Shown here piece by piece: positions 25,676 to 39,659 of a stretch of DNA of 64,000 bases. Every line of letters begins with the position of its first letter. The stretch's first letter is position 1. The notes beneath the pieces are model-generated. The model saw only the letters and a program-made list of their open reading frames with translations. It ran no database searches and was not told the origin of the DNA. The position numbers and the translations under genes are program-made. This stretch comes from Octopus vulgaris (Eukaryota), in contig OX597823.1 in NCBI GenBank assembly GCA_951406725.2, forward strand, positions 52,638,001 to 52,702,000, given 5' to 3'.

Positions 25676-26389
25676 GAGAGAGAGAGAGTTACATAAGATT
25701 TGAGTAAAAATTCCTGTAGAATGCTATGCAAAGAATGTTGTGTAGAAATGTGTCAAAACAATTGTAGTGATTTTGAATAAAGTATATTGTTCGTTCCATT
25801 TTTCTATGTATCAATCTATCTACCAACCTACCTATGTATAGGGACATAAGATGGCTAGCTACGTATGGACTTTGAAAGATAACGAAACACCACATGTGAT
25901 TAAATGGAAAGTAATTGAGAAATCCATACCTTATGTGAATGGATCAAATAAATGTAGACTTGTTTGGCTGAAAGAGCACAGGTAGTGTTCAGATCTAATA
26001 TCCTTGACTCTCTATTAAACTCCAGGCCAGAAATTGTCAGTGGGTGCATGCATAAGTATCAATATATTTTAAAGAATTGGAAAATTTTGCCTATTCCTGA
26101 CTGACTTGATATCTTTCAGCCTTATCATTTAAGGTCGAAGGAGAATAGCTCTTTTACCTTTTTACTTTTTTATTTTTTATACTTTAGTTTCTGTTTTGCA
26201 TTTTCCGTTCTTTACTGTCTGTGCTTTTTATATGTTACCTTCTCAATTGTTTTCACATTTCTTCTATTATTCAATTTCTCTAGTTTGTTATGAGATGTGG
26301 TTTGCACCTGAAGAATATTTTGGGGTTTTCTCAACATATGAAACTATTAGTAGCACTTTAATACATATATTGTGGCCTTTAAATAAATA

Positions 26390-26458
<69 letters not shown>

Positions 26459-26858
26459 TATGTATGTATGTATGTGTGTATGTATGTATGTATGGTGGTA
26501 CGTAAAACTACCTTTCGAGTGTTGGGCCTCACGGAGGCAAGGACAGTCCATTTGGCATTATGCCATGCTTGAGAAGAAGATCCATCAATCCAAGTAAAAC
26601 CACGGTCATGGCAGATACTGGTGTCATGCAAATGACAACCGTGCCAGTGGCACGTAAAAGCACCCATTATACTCATGGAGTGGTTGGCATTAGGAAAAGC
26701 ATCCAGTTGTGGAAACCTTGCCAAAACAGACTGGAGTCTGGTGCAGCCTTCCAGCTTGCCAGCCCTGATCAAACTGTCCAACCCATGCTAGCATGGACAA
26801 TGGACATTAAATGATGACGATGATGATGATGATGATGATGATGACGACGACGACGATG

Positions 26859-26889
<31 letters not shown>

Positions 26890-27333
26890 TATATATAAAA
26901 TCTGAAATTCTTCAAAATTACTATTTGTTGTGTATGTCTGTGTTCACACACATTATTGCATGCACATGTGTGTCTCTGTGCATGCATGCATATGCAGACA
27001 CATTTGATTGTTTCTTTCCGCATGCATGTTCACACACTTGTACAGTTACTTTTGACTATCCTTATCAATATTTCAATATTCTCTTGTGATCAACTCAACA
27101 TTAGCCTTTAAATTTTTAAATGAGCTTTTGTATTGTCTGAAATAATAGGAAATTTCCTGAAAATAAACCGGTCAGCGTCTTAAAACGTGACGGTACTAAT
27201 AGAGAAATAACCTTAATAAGAAAAGTGGACATGCTGAAAAGTCATTTGAAAGTTTTCATCGGAACCTTGTTCATGCATTTCTCAGTATAATGGTCTGGTG
27301 TTCGTAAAGTGATAATCACTAAGTAGCTTTGTA

Positions 27334-27410
27334 ATCTATCAGCATATCACATTGAGAGCATCAGTTCTTGTTCGATCACCAAAGTTAAGCAGCACTGAGC
27401 CCAATTAGCA
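27334..27410 (+). pseudogene. 5S rRNA-derived fragment (about the first 77 nt), degenerate
   Basis: ATCTATCAGCATATCACATTGAGAGCATCAGTTCTTGTTCGATCACCAAAGTTAAGCAGCACTGAGCCCAATTAGCA aligns with the recalled metazoan 5S 5' part (…CCATATCACGTTGAAAGCACCGGTTCTCGTCCGATCACCGAAGTTAAGCA…). Many changes look like CpG decay, and box C is missing. Confidence 0.75.
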
Positions 27411-27429
27411 ATTTTTTTCAGGTTTCATG

Positions 27430-27842
27430 GGAGCAGGCATAACTGTCTGGCAAAAAGTTTGCTTTCCAACTACATGGTCCTGGGTTCAGGTTCAGTGGTT
27501 GGTTCTAGGTTCAGTCCCGCTGCTTGACACCTTGGGCATGCATCTTCTTTAGCTTTGGGCCAACCAAAGCCTTGTAGTGAATTTGGCAGACTGAAACTGA
27601 AAGAGGCCCGTTGTTTGTGTGGTGTGTGTGTGTGTATTTGTGTGTTTGTGTATGCTTCCCCCACCATCAATTGACAACCAATGTTGGTGTGTTTATGTCC
27701 CTGTAACATAGCATTTTGGCAAAAGGGACCAATAGGATAAGTACTAGGCTTACAAAGAATAAGTCCTGGGGTCGATTTGTTCAACTAAAGGTGGTGCTCC
27801 AGCATGCCCACAGTCAAGTGATTGAACCAAGTAAAAGAGTAA
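27430..27842 (+). mobile_element. SINE family A with a duplicated B-box segment
   Basis: GGTTCAG occurs repeatedly at 27483-27514; body and tail are standard. Confidence 0.8.
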
Positions 27843-28691
27843 ATATTTGGGGGGGAATTAAGCAATTTATTGCACAGAAATTTTAACAAAATCATATATG
27901 GACCTCCAAGGGTCATATGGACTGTGGTTGAGAATGGCTGCTTTATATAAAGAACCAAATAAAGGAAATAAGATTTCCCATCTTTAAACCCATGACTCTT
28001 CTAACCATCAAGAATTTTTGAAACCATACAGGTAAATGACTCTAGCATCCATTCTATCTGACATAAATATCAGTTATTCCCCCATAAAACTCTAAAGAAC
28101 AACATCTGTTTGTTTAAAAGGAAATCTCTACATTTATTTACATGAAATCATGGCTTTCCATATACTTTGATTCACAGAGTTCAATCAAAATTGTTCATAT
28201 GACACTGGTGCTTTGTGAAACAACTGTATTCTGATAGACTTTATGCCAATAGTTTGCAATATTTGCCAGTTGAGATGGTCAGGGATTCTTTTCAAAGAAG
28301 GTTTAATAATGAAGTACCAGAAAGCTAAAAGTAGATTATTCTATGTCTTGGTAAAGGGAGAAAAGGGCAGCATCCTCAGATTGGAGACCAGGCTTGAATG
28401 CTTGCAACATTAAAAAACTTCACTAAAGATAGCTAAGAAACCAAATGGTAGTGTTGAAAAAACAGAATATATCTGTTACTTAAGAACAGGAACAGTTCCT
28501 CCAATGGGCTCCCACAGGGTTTCCATCCTGTCAAATGTCACTCATAAAGTTGTGAAGTGAAACATTTTCTAAAAATGCAATCAGAAGAATTTTGTGTTTG
28601 TAATTATAAGTGAGTGAGTCAGTTGGAAAATATATAAAAAGTAAAGATAACGAACACAAAATATATATCTATGTATAATTTCAAAGTTGTA

Positions 28692-30990
28692 CCTTGGACA
28701 TCAATAGCATTATTCTCTGTTGGAATATTTTCATCAGACACAAAAGGAGCAAACAATTATCCAAATCTTCTCTTTGAGCATCAATAGCAAAATACCCGTG
28801 TGATATTTTCATTTGGTTGACCAGTGAAGGAGCCGAGTCTTATTTCCAGATGGAAACAAACTGGCATGCAGTACTAAATGAACAAAGATGTGCCCTGAAG
28901 TTAAACATCAACTACATCTTGACAAGAGTAGTCTCCAAAATTATTTAGATGCCTGGAGATCCTCTAGAATACATCTTGTTCACTGGCATTTGTGAGAAAC
29001 AGAGGTGGTGTCTTAGACTTTTGTTTTCCCCCACTTCACTGCTCTCAGTGATTCTACTGCACTTCTTCAATTCTTCTGTCTCTAGGGCCTTATTAATGAA
29101 GAAATTTTCAAATTGCTTCCCTAAAAGTTTTAGGGTTTGCTTGACAAACTCAATCCCTACAAATAGAAATATTCAATATGTTGTATTTTTTTTTAATGAT
29201 ATTGTAGTGACAGCAAACTTCAAACTATGTTCCCATTAACCGTTCATATGACATTCAAGACTGAACGAAGAAAAGTCCTTGTTTCAACTTATAGCAAGAC
29301 TCATGACAATTTCTATGAAATGAAGTAATTTAGCAACAGATGGTCCATAGACTATTTGATCCATAAACTATTAGCAATATAATTAAAGAAAGATTTTATT
29401 GTCTCTCTCTAATTTTTTGTGCAGACAGCCTTACAGGGAATCATGTTATATCATAGTAAGTTACTAACATGATTTACTTTACATATATCGCTCTACAGAC
29501 AGGTTTCACAGTAGATTAAGTTGCCTTCATGTTACCTTTCTTTGACATGCACCACATAAAGTTTTTCAAGGATTATCAAGTTGTGAGACTGCTCTAGAGA
29601 CTAGCTTTACAGCAATAAAATCACTAACTCATTGCACCCTACACGCTACAGAATTTTTAGTACATGGAACTGATTCTGAGTCGATAATAAATGCTACATT
29701 GCTGCTTATGCAAACCAACTTTACGTGATATATTTTGGAATGGCTAATGTTATTAATATTTTCAAACTCTGCTTTATTGCAAATTAAGCCTACACAGGTA
29801 GTTACTTACAATGATGAGATCTTTGGTTACAGTTCATCATGCCTCATGTAATTTTTGCTCTGTAATGCCAACATTTTTACTGCCTGATAACATCAATATT
29901 AAACGCTGTTTTGCTGAGCTCCCCATCTGTTAAATAATGAAAACTAGTAAGTGTGACATTAGTTTAGAAATTATACATTATTATTGTCATCTCGTTTGCT
30001 TAACTGTAGTCTTACACTATTAATCACACAACCGTATAACTAAAATATCACAGCAGCTCACCCATGTCTTATCCAAATATATTTGCATACTCCAGAGGAT
30101 AACACTATGTTCATTATCCCCAAATATCTCTGATGTATGCTTTTAACATGTTTCAGCTGCTGGCTGGGAGCTTTTATTTCCTTGTAAATTTTCACATGGA
30201 GATATTAACCACCTTGTTGTGTCTTCTCTATTCTAAAATGCTTAGAGTGGAACATTTAGCAAGAATATAGCTGATGGTTTGATTAAGCTAACCATATGTA
30301 TAATTCGGTCTTGTTATTTTACTCTAGTACATATTCGTTGTCTTGTGTTGTTGTTGGCAGGATCTTGTTGTAAGCAACAATTATCAAGCCTTCAGTTTCA
30401 TATTTCAACCAAAGGTCTTGGAATTAAATATAGATATTTCTTACTATTTGTTTTCTGTTAGTTCAGGGCTTTATCCATGAAGGTGTTCTAATTCATTTTC
30501 TATGTTCATTTTCTTAGTTGATTTGTGTTTTACTTCTTCCTTTAAATATATTACACTTATTGTTATGCCTGAACACTCTGGAACATGTCTGTTTAATGCT
30601 TGTACCAAAGTGTTACCATACATGCTAAACGAGATTTATGAATGTATAGCAACACATTTGTGTAATAAACGCATATATTTAAATTTTACAAGTGAACGTA
30701 AAACATCTACTTCTGGGTACACATACCAATTGTAGGGCCTTCAAGATCCTTACAGTCCTCTTTTTTAATCCTGCCTTAAAATATAAATATGGCATGTGAA
30801 GTAGTTGAAATTTTGTTTTTGCATTAACTTGGTTGGGTAGTAAGTTCCTCTAAATCATCTAGTCTTATTATGTTAAACATGTATCATATTGCAGTTTCAC
30901 ATGTGCTTCCTATGAGCTATTTATATAGTATTTATAACAGGGTTTCATCAATGAATAATAGAATATATTGGGTTTTATAAATTTTCCTTT
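28692..30990 (-). pseudogene. Heavily decayed coding-like region, possibly an intron-containing hAT-type transposase
   Basis: Protein-like minus-strand segments with stops (IDET, MYGNTLVQALNRHVP, TTRWLISPC, GIEFVKQTLKLLGKQFENFF), several bounded by AG/GT. Motif order fits hAT. Confidence 0.35.
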
Positions 30991-31274
30991 AGTACATCAA
31001 GACATGTAATTGATTGCTACTGCAAACAGTTGTGATATTTTTGAAATTCCAAAATTTAAAAAGATTGAAGAAAAGGTCTTTGATAATGATATTGATAGTT
31101 TTGTGATGTTCATAATGGCAGTGACTGAAATAATAATGATGTTATATGTCTGGGTAAAGAGCCCCTGTGGTCATGAATGGCCATGGGATTGCACCAAGAA
31201 AGTTACTCTTCGATGCACAATTCTGGGCAAGGTTGTTTATAGAAGACCAACAGTTACCCATGCATACCAGCCTC

Positions 31275-31612
31275 CCTGCATGGCTAAATAGTTAGAGAAT
31301 TGGGTTCGTAATCATGTGGTGAGTTCACTTCCTAGACAGAGTTGTGCATTGTGTTCTTGAGCAAGACATTTTATTTCATGTTGCTCAAATTCACTCAGCT
31401 ATAGAAATGAGTTGTGACGCCACTGGCACCAAACTGTATCAGCTTTTGCCTTTCCCTTGGATAACATCAATGGTGTGGAGAGGGAACACTGGTATGCATG
31501 GGCGACTGCTAGTCTTCCATAAGCAACCTTGCCTACACATGTGCCTCAGAGAGTAACTTTCTGTGTGCAATACCATGGTCATTCATGACTGAAGGAGGTC
31601 TTTATCCTTTAC
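31275..31612 (+). mobile_element. SINE family C
   Basis: GCATGGCTAAATAGTTAG head and CTTGAGCAAGACATTTTATTTCATGTTGCTC body. Confidence 0.6.
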
Positions 31613-33679
31613 CCTTTTTTTATATGTCTGGGGCCTATAAGAGGAGGAGAGTTCAGCTGAGGCCCAGAGAGCTAAGGAGGAATGAGTGAAAATGTGTCTG
31701 TCACTTCACCAAAAAGAAACTTCACTATCACCTTCTCTGAATTTTGAGAGCTCCCCCCCCCCAACCCACTGATCCAGGATCCCAAAAGTAGTCTTGCTTC
31801 CTTTGCCATAATTCTCTATCAGACCCTGGTTGTGACAACAAAGGTTGTCAGAGGCTCAATATACCTTTGATTCTTTCTCTAATTCAGTTAGTTTGATTCT
31901 AACTGATTTACTAGCATTCACACACCAAATCTGGCTCAAATCACAACCTTTGCAAGATGACCAGAAATGATGTGGATACAATGATACGATGTATATGTAC
32001 TCAAGGTTGTACTAACATGAGAAGTATGCAGAAAAGAGGGCTCTCTAAAGTTAAATTTGACAAAAAAAAATTATGTATTTGGTAAGTTCCAAATAGAATT
32101 CATCACCAGACTTCTAGATTTTCAGGAAACCATGGTAATTAAAGCACACTATTATTATTTGCTTATTCAGTTTCCTGTTCACCTTGTTCCAGTTATAAAA
32201 CTTAACATGGTTACAGACAATGAACTGAGTGAAAAAAGTTAATTTCATGATGATATTTTCATCATCATCATCATCTTCATCATCATTGTCTTTTTATATT
32301 CGTTTTCCATGTTAGCATGTGTAGGACAGTTTGACAGGAGCTGGCTAGCTGGAGAGCTGTACTAGGCTCCAATCGTCTGTTTAGGTATGGTTTCTATAGC
32401 AGGATGCCCTTCCTAATTTCAACCACTTTACAAAGTGTAACAGGTGCTTTTTATGTGGTGTCACCATGGGTTAAGTACCTTTTATTTCCAACAAAATTCT
32501 GATAGGTCTTTCAGTATCATATCAATTCTTATAAATTTGTTATGAATTTATATATTTTCAATTTGTGTGTGTGTAATTCTATGCAGGTGTATTTTTTTAT
32601 ATATTTATATATTTTTGTTTATGTAGTTCTATATTTCTGCTGGCATATTTTATACATTTCTATATGTCATACATTTTATATAGTTTCAATTTACATATTA
32701 TGACAAAAATTTATTAGATTTTTCCTGAAAAAGTACAATGGCTCCAGGCAATGGTAGCAATTAAACTCTGTTATTAAAGTTTTCTTGTCTTAATTACATT
32801 ACATTATGAGATTTCCTGTAATAACAATGATATTTGGAAGCATCTTACATGATAAGTAATAAAGCATCTACAATCAAATTACAATAATGCAATATTAAGA
32901 CATTATTATTTGAATACTATCATTATTAACAGTATTGAGCATCATTACGAGTAGTAGTAGTTGTAGTGGTGGTGGTGGTGGTGGTGGCGGTGGCGGTGGT
33001 GGCGGCAGTGGCGGCAGTGGCGGCAGCAGCAGCAGTAGTAGTCCTTGTAGTAGTAGTAGTAGTAGACTGTAAATTCATTGCTGCCTTTCATAAAACTTAT
33101 TAATCAAAGAATCTATCATGAAATCTAATAAATTTCATATAAATATTCTTAAGTCACACTAAAACATTTAATGCAATGTTGTATGGTTTATGTAAATATT
33201 TATGAACACTAAATGTCACAATTTGTCTTTATTATACTAAAAGTTTCAAAGAATCTGCCTTGTTGATGAATTCTCTAGCATATTTTAAATAAATCTCATT
33301 ATATTTGAATCATGTTAAGAGATTTTATTAAAGAAAAGTTATCGTTCTTCTATATATTCAATGAGACTTGAAAAATAATGAGTTGTAATGGTAGCAAATT
33401 TGTTGAGGTTTTTTTCTATACCGATAACATAGGTAGAATGAGTTCATTGTGTACACCTCTCAGTGCAAGTTACCAAAATAAGTTAATTTGTAGATATTCG
33501 TATTTCATAATGAGATATTTTTTTCACTTTTAAATAGTTGACTGAAATGAATAAAATATTTCCTTTTTAAATGACTTTTCAAATGTAAGTATTTAAAAGT
33601 GATGCACCAGCTTGTTTTGAGGCTATTTCTCAATATGGTGCACCAACTTGATGTCTTGAAGCTATTAGAAACATATTTG

Positions 33680-33900
33680 AAACAAAGGGATTCTCATTTC
33701 CTCTTCAACACAAGTATTTTCATCATTTCACAATTTGATATCCTTGATTAGTGAAAATCCAATCTCACTTCAATAAGCTTGTAGGAAACTGCACAATGGT
33801 AAAGCACAACAATTTCAGAAGCTAATCCTGAACTGATAGCCAGAATATCAAAGATATTTCAATGTTTCATGATCAGGCTATATTCACTTGAATATGTTTG
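33680..33900 (-). pseudogene. hAT (Charlie/ZBED5-like) transposase C-terminal dimerisation-domain remnant
   Basis: VQFPTS/…SEIGFSLIKDIK…VEEEMRIPLFQI resembles the pattern LPFPTSYLCE.GFS…IK…VE.EMR..LS.I. Confidence 0.55.
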
Positions 33901-34093
33901 CTGTAAAATTCAAAATTGTGACAGGCAGGAAAATGTATCTTATCCAATCAAAATATTTTTGCAGTTAATGAAACAACGTTAAAAACTGTTCTTCAATGCA
34001 ATAAGTGTTTTGGATTCCTAAGCCTGAAAGAGACAGGCTTCTGTTAGATGCCTGAGAAACTTTAAGTCACATGGAGCTAAATCAATCACTTTT

Positions 34094-34915
<822 letters not shown>

Positions 34916-35620
34916 AATGATGTGTGTGTGTGTGTGTGTGCACATGTGTGTGTGTGCGCATGTGTGTGTGCGTGTGTTTGTGTCTGTTTGTCTCCCACCA
35001 CTGCTTGACAACTGGTGTCGATGTGTTTACAACCCCATAACATAGTGGTTCAGTAAAAGAGACTGATAAAATAAGTACCAGGCTTTAAGAAAATGTGAAT
35101 AACTGAGGTCAATTCTTTCGAATAAAACATTCTTCAAAGCGGTGCCCCAGCATGGCCATAGTATAATGACTGAAACAAGTGAAAGATAAATGATAAAAGA
35201 TGCTGCATTCTACAAAATGTCTTCCAGAAATGAATACAGCATTGCATGGAATACAATAAACATGTCTCAAAATTCCATCTTTGCATTAAGGAACTTTAAG
35301 AAGTTGTTTAGTTCCAGATTAAACCTGATTCAGTAGACTTATGATCAGATATAATATCCGTCACGGTCTCATGTTTTTAGGAGTATATCTTTTATCTTCT
35401 GTCTTTTACTGGTTTCTGTCATTAGACTGGGTCAGTGTGGGATCAACTATTAAGCAAAATAAGCATGTGCTTAGAGCATCACAGAAATGGTAAATGGTTT
35501 ACAGAACAAAAGAAATCACTTTAAACTTGCTAAAATAATATTTGAAGTGGTTTATATGATCGGAAATATAATTTCAAAGTGTTCATAGTTAGGATCCGAT
35601 GAAAGACATTGTAATTAATA

Positions 35621-36186
35621 TTGGGTTGTCCGGAATGTTCGTGCCAATTTTTAAAGGAAAGAAAATGGTCAATAAATACTTGCCATTACATTTTCAATCA
35701 ACAAATATGAACCATTTTGTTGCACAATGCGTCTTCAACTTTCCTTTAACTTGAAAATACCCTCTTTTCAGAATTGAGGTGGTTTCATGGCAAAGAATTC
35801 ATCAAGGTATCTTTTCACGTCATCCAAGGAATTGAGATTTTTACCATTAAGACTATTCTGCAGAGACCTGAATAAGTGAAAATCTGAAAGAGCAATATCT
35901 GTTGAATATGGAGGGTGGGGTAACACATCCCAGCCGAGCTGCAGCAATTTTTGTCTGGTTCCCAAAGCATCAAGTGCCGAAAATGAACTTTCTTATCTTC
36001 CATTTTTAAAGGGTTACAGAATTAACATAGGTTATAGGAACATAAATCTTCTTCCACGAAAAGATAGCTTAAACTGTGCTCTAAATGGAGGTGTAGTCAA
36101 ATCCTATTCTATGGACTCAACCATGTTCTAAAATAAGTCGAAAGGTAAGCTACTATAAATCAGCACGAACTTTCCAGACAACCCAA
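35621..36186 (-). mobile_element. Internally deleted mariner (566 bp)
   Basis: TA|TTGGGTTGTCCGGAATGTTCGTGC ... GCACGAACTTTCCAGACAACCCAA|TA. N-terminal MEDKKVHFRHLML abuts (out of frame) C-terminal TRQKLLQLGWDVLPHPPYSTDIALSDFHLFRSLQN. Confidence 0.9.
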
Positions 36187-36518
36187 TAGAAAGAAAAATT
36201 TTCCGGTATAAATAAAGTGAAAGTATACAAACATAAACGTTAAACTCTTAGATTTGTTTCATTTTGAAAAATAAAAATTTATTTTAAAATTTATAATTGT
36301 TTATATTCTAAATTACATATACATGAGGGCACCAAAATCTTTTAATTCAACCCTGGACTTGGTTATGATGGAACATTGCCTTGAATAATTTTTAATCAAA
36401 TGAATCGACTCCACTACTTTTTTTATGACCTGGAACTAGGTTAGATTACAGGGATGTAAAGAAACCAACGCCAGTGGTCAAGCAGTGATGGGGGACAAAC
36501 ATAGACACAATGATACAC

Positions 36519-36549
<31 letters not shown>

Positions 36550-36782
36550 TTCACATATACAACAGGTATCTTTCAGTTTCTGTCTACTACATCCACTCAC
36601 AAGGTTCTGGTCAGCCTGAAACTATAATAGAAGACACTTGCCCAAGATGCCTTGTAGTGGAACTGAACCCAGAATCATGTGGCTGGGAAGCAAGCTTCTA
36701 ACCATGCAGCCACACCTGCACCTGTATCTATGTTTACATTATCCAATGTAAACTTTTTTTAAGATGGTATGATATGGTTTAA

Positions 36783-37005
36783 CCCTTTAGCATTTGAACT
36801 GGCCACATCAAACCTGAATATTCTACACTTTTTTATGTTCAAAGCAACCAAATTCAACTTCTTACATACCTACCATACAATCTCATTCAAAAAATCTACT
36901 ATCACATCATGGAAATCTAGAAACTGTGAGATAATGCATGATTAATTTAAACCAATTTGAATAAATAAGCATTACCTTTGACAGGTTAATATGAATTCTG
37001 AAAGG
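36783..37005. mobile_element. piggyBac-type MITE, second family (copy at 57720-57923)
   Basis: TTAA|CCCTTTAGCATT ... AATTCTGAAAGG|TTAA. Confidence 0.7.
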
Positions 37006-37643
37006 TTAAGGAAGATTTGACTGCTATTTCTAGCCTGTTGGATGACACTGTAGAATATTTTACAGAGGGGTATAAGTGCAATTGCAATGTTATAATCAAT
37101 CCCAAAATCCTCGATGCACATTCGAACTGGGGAACAAGCTACTCATTGCATGGAGAATACAGTATATCTCGCTTGCTGACAAATGGTGAGTATCAGCTCA
37201 CAGCACCATCTACCTAGAGTGTGAGATGCTAGCATTTCGGAGTAGTTATCACCTCATTGGTCATAGACACTAAGCAGACGACACTATGAGCTGAATTAAG
37301 AGATTGCCTCTTTTATGCTTTTAAAGCTTCTATTTCTGTTAAAATCAAGTGACAGCATGAAGTAGAACAATGCTTTTGTTTTGTTTTTTCTTTGTTTTTC
37401 TGTTTGTTTACTTGTTTCAGATTATTAATCCTTTCATTACCAAATCTCTGCTGAAATTTTCACTACCTTTTAAAATATTGGAAAATTTAGTAAAATAGCT
37501 TTTTCATTATTAAGTTGGTATTTGAGACCGTAAACTAATAGTTATGAAATTTTTATGAAAGATTAAAAGACTTAACACAAAATTTGTGCCATAGAACCAG
37601 GGAGTAGTCTCAGATGGGTTGGTATCAAAAGAATAATTTGTGT

Positions 37644-38133
37644 CTTCTTCTTCTTCTTCTTCTTCTTCTTCTTCTTCTTCTTTTTCTTCTTCTTCTTCTT
37701 CTTCTTCTTCTTCTTCTTCTTCTTCTTCTTCTTCTTCTTCTTCTTCTTCTTCTCCTTCTTCTTCTTCTTCTTCTTCTTCCACTACTTCTTCTTTTTCTTT
37801 TTCTTCTTCTTCTTCTTTTTCTTTTTCTTCTTCTTCTTCTTCTTTTTTTTTCTTCTTCTTCTTCTTTTCTTTTTCTTCTTCTTCTTCTTCTTCTTTTCTT
37901 TTCTTCTTCTTCTTCTTCTTCTTTTTCTTTTTCTTCTTCTTCTTCTTCTTCTTTTCTTCTTCTTCTTTTTCTTCTTCTTCTTCTTCTTCTTCTTCTTTTT
38001 CTTTTCTTCTTCTTCTTCTTCTTCTTTTCTTTTTCTTCTTCTTCTTCTTCTTCTTTTCTTCTTCTTCTTTTTCTTCTTCTTCTTCTTCTTCTTCTTCTTC
38101 TTCTTTTTCTTCTTTTTCTTCTTCTTCTACCGC

Positions 38134-38165
<32 letters not shown>

Positions 38166-38193
38166 TTTCTTCTTTTTCTTCTTCTTCTACCGC

Positions 38194-38225
<32 letters not shown>

Positions 38226-38253
38226 TTTCTTCTTTTTCTTCTTCTTCTACCGC

Positions 38254-38285
<32 letters not shown>

Positions 38286-38422
38286 CTTCTTCTTCTTCTT
38301 CTTTTTCTTCTTTTTCTTCTTCTTCTACCGCTACTTCTTCTTCTTCTCCTTCTTCTCCTTCTTCTCCTTCTTCTTCTTCTTCTTCTTCTTCTTCTTCTTC
38401 TTCTTCCGCTACTTCTACTTCT
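37644..38422. repeat. ~780-bp (TTC)n/(GAA)n tract with a 60-bp higher-order repeat
   Basis: Directly visible. Lines starting at 38101 and 38161 are identical 60-mers and 38221 repeats them, each containing TCTACCGCTAC. Confidence 0.95.
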
Positions 38423-39014
38423 TTGTCATCATTTAACATCCATTTTCCATTTTGGCATGATGTGTTGGACAGTTTGAAAAGAGCTGGAAAGGCTGAGAGC
38501 TCCACCTGGCTCCATTGCCTGTTCTGGAATGGCTTCTATGGCTGGATACCCTTCCTAGCACCAACCACTTTACAGAATGCATTGGGTTCTTTTTACATGC
38601 CACAATCACCAGTGCATTTTACATGACACCAACACTGGTGCTTTTTATGTGGCACAAGCACTGACAAGTAACTCGCAAGACAAAGAACCCCCTCAGCTGA
38701 GAAGAGGGAGTAGCAGAGATGGCAGGTTGGTGGCTTTGTACCAGTTGATGTGAGACTAGAAGCATAGAAGGTCAGGGATAAGTATCTATAAGTCTAATGT
38801 ACAATCAGTTTTTAAATTTCTACACATTTGGCTAGAATTGAACATATAACTTTCATTACTACTAACCAAAGTGTTTTGAACACACATCCACCATATCTCA
38901 GTGTAAACATTTATGCTTATAAGTTCATTTGTCATAATCTTCGAGCTATCTTTAAATTATTTGTTAACCATCATTTTTCTTAATTATGGGCTGTCTTCCT
39001 CAGAATGTTTTATG

Positions 39015-39045
<31 letters not shown>

Positions 39046-39659
39046 TAATGATGATGACAATGACAATGTTGATGGTGGTGATGATGATGATTATGATTAT
39101 GATGATGATGATGATGATAAAAAGAAATATCTTTAAATGTGTAGCTTGAAGTAAATAGTTGGTGTTTAATGGAGCTAGATTTAGTGGTGGATAATTTTTG
39201 TTGGTCTCAAATGAGTTGAATGGTAGAGATAAAGAAATAATGTAGAACAGTTTTGTATTAGTGCTTTGACGCTATCTAACATAGCATTAATAAAGTCTTT
39301 AGTCATTAAAAGCTACTTTGGGCTGCTGAAACAAGACGGTGGATTTTTCCCTGTGGAAGAAGATTAGGTCTTCAGAAAAATGTCGATTGAAAACTGATTT
39401 ACATGACTTTCTTTCCTCATACATAAGTGTCTTTCTAAAGACAGCGAACTGATTAATTACTAAGTGAATAGGAAGTTTTACTATTGACCAATTCAATGAA
39501 GAAAGGAAACATAATGAATTAGATTTGTGCTACTAACAACTATTTCAGAGGATCTTCTAGTGAAACAATGAGAATCAGCAAGTTTTTATTCAACACAAAA
39601 TTAGTCAGAGCCTTTTGTTTTGCTTCATTAAAGAAGTTCTGGAAGAACAGATCTCTCTA

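Noticed and set aside
31880-31905. miRNA seed-like matches (TCACAACC here, TGAGATCA at 3321)
   Set aside because: Only the seed matches; the rest of the mature sequence and a precursor hairpin are absent.
37510-38626. Three long ORFs (poly-E/K, poly-L, poly-S)
   Set aside because: They are translations of the TTC/GAA microsatellite, which lacks stops in most frames.
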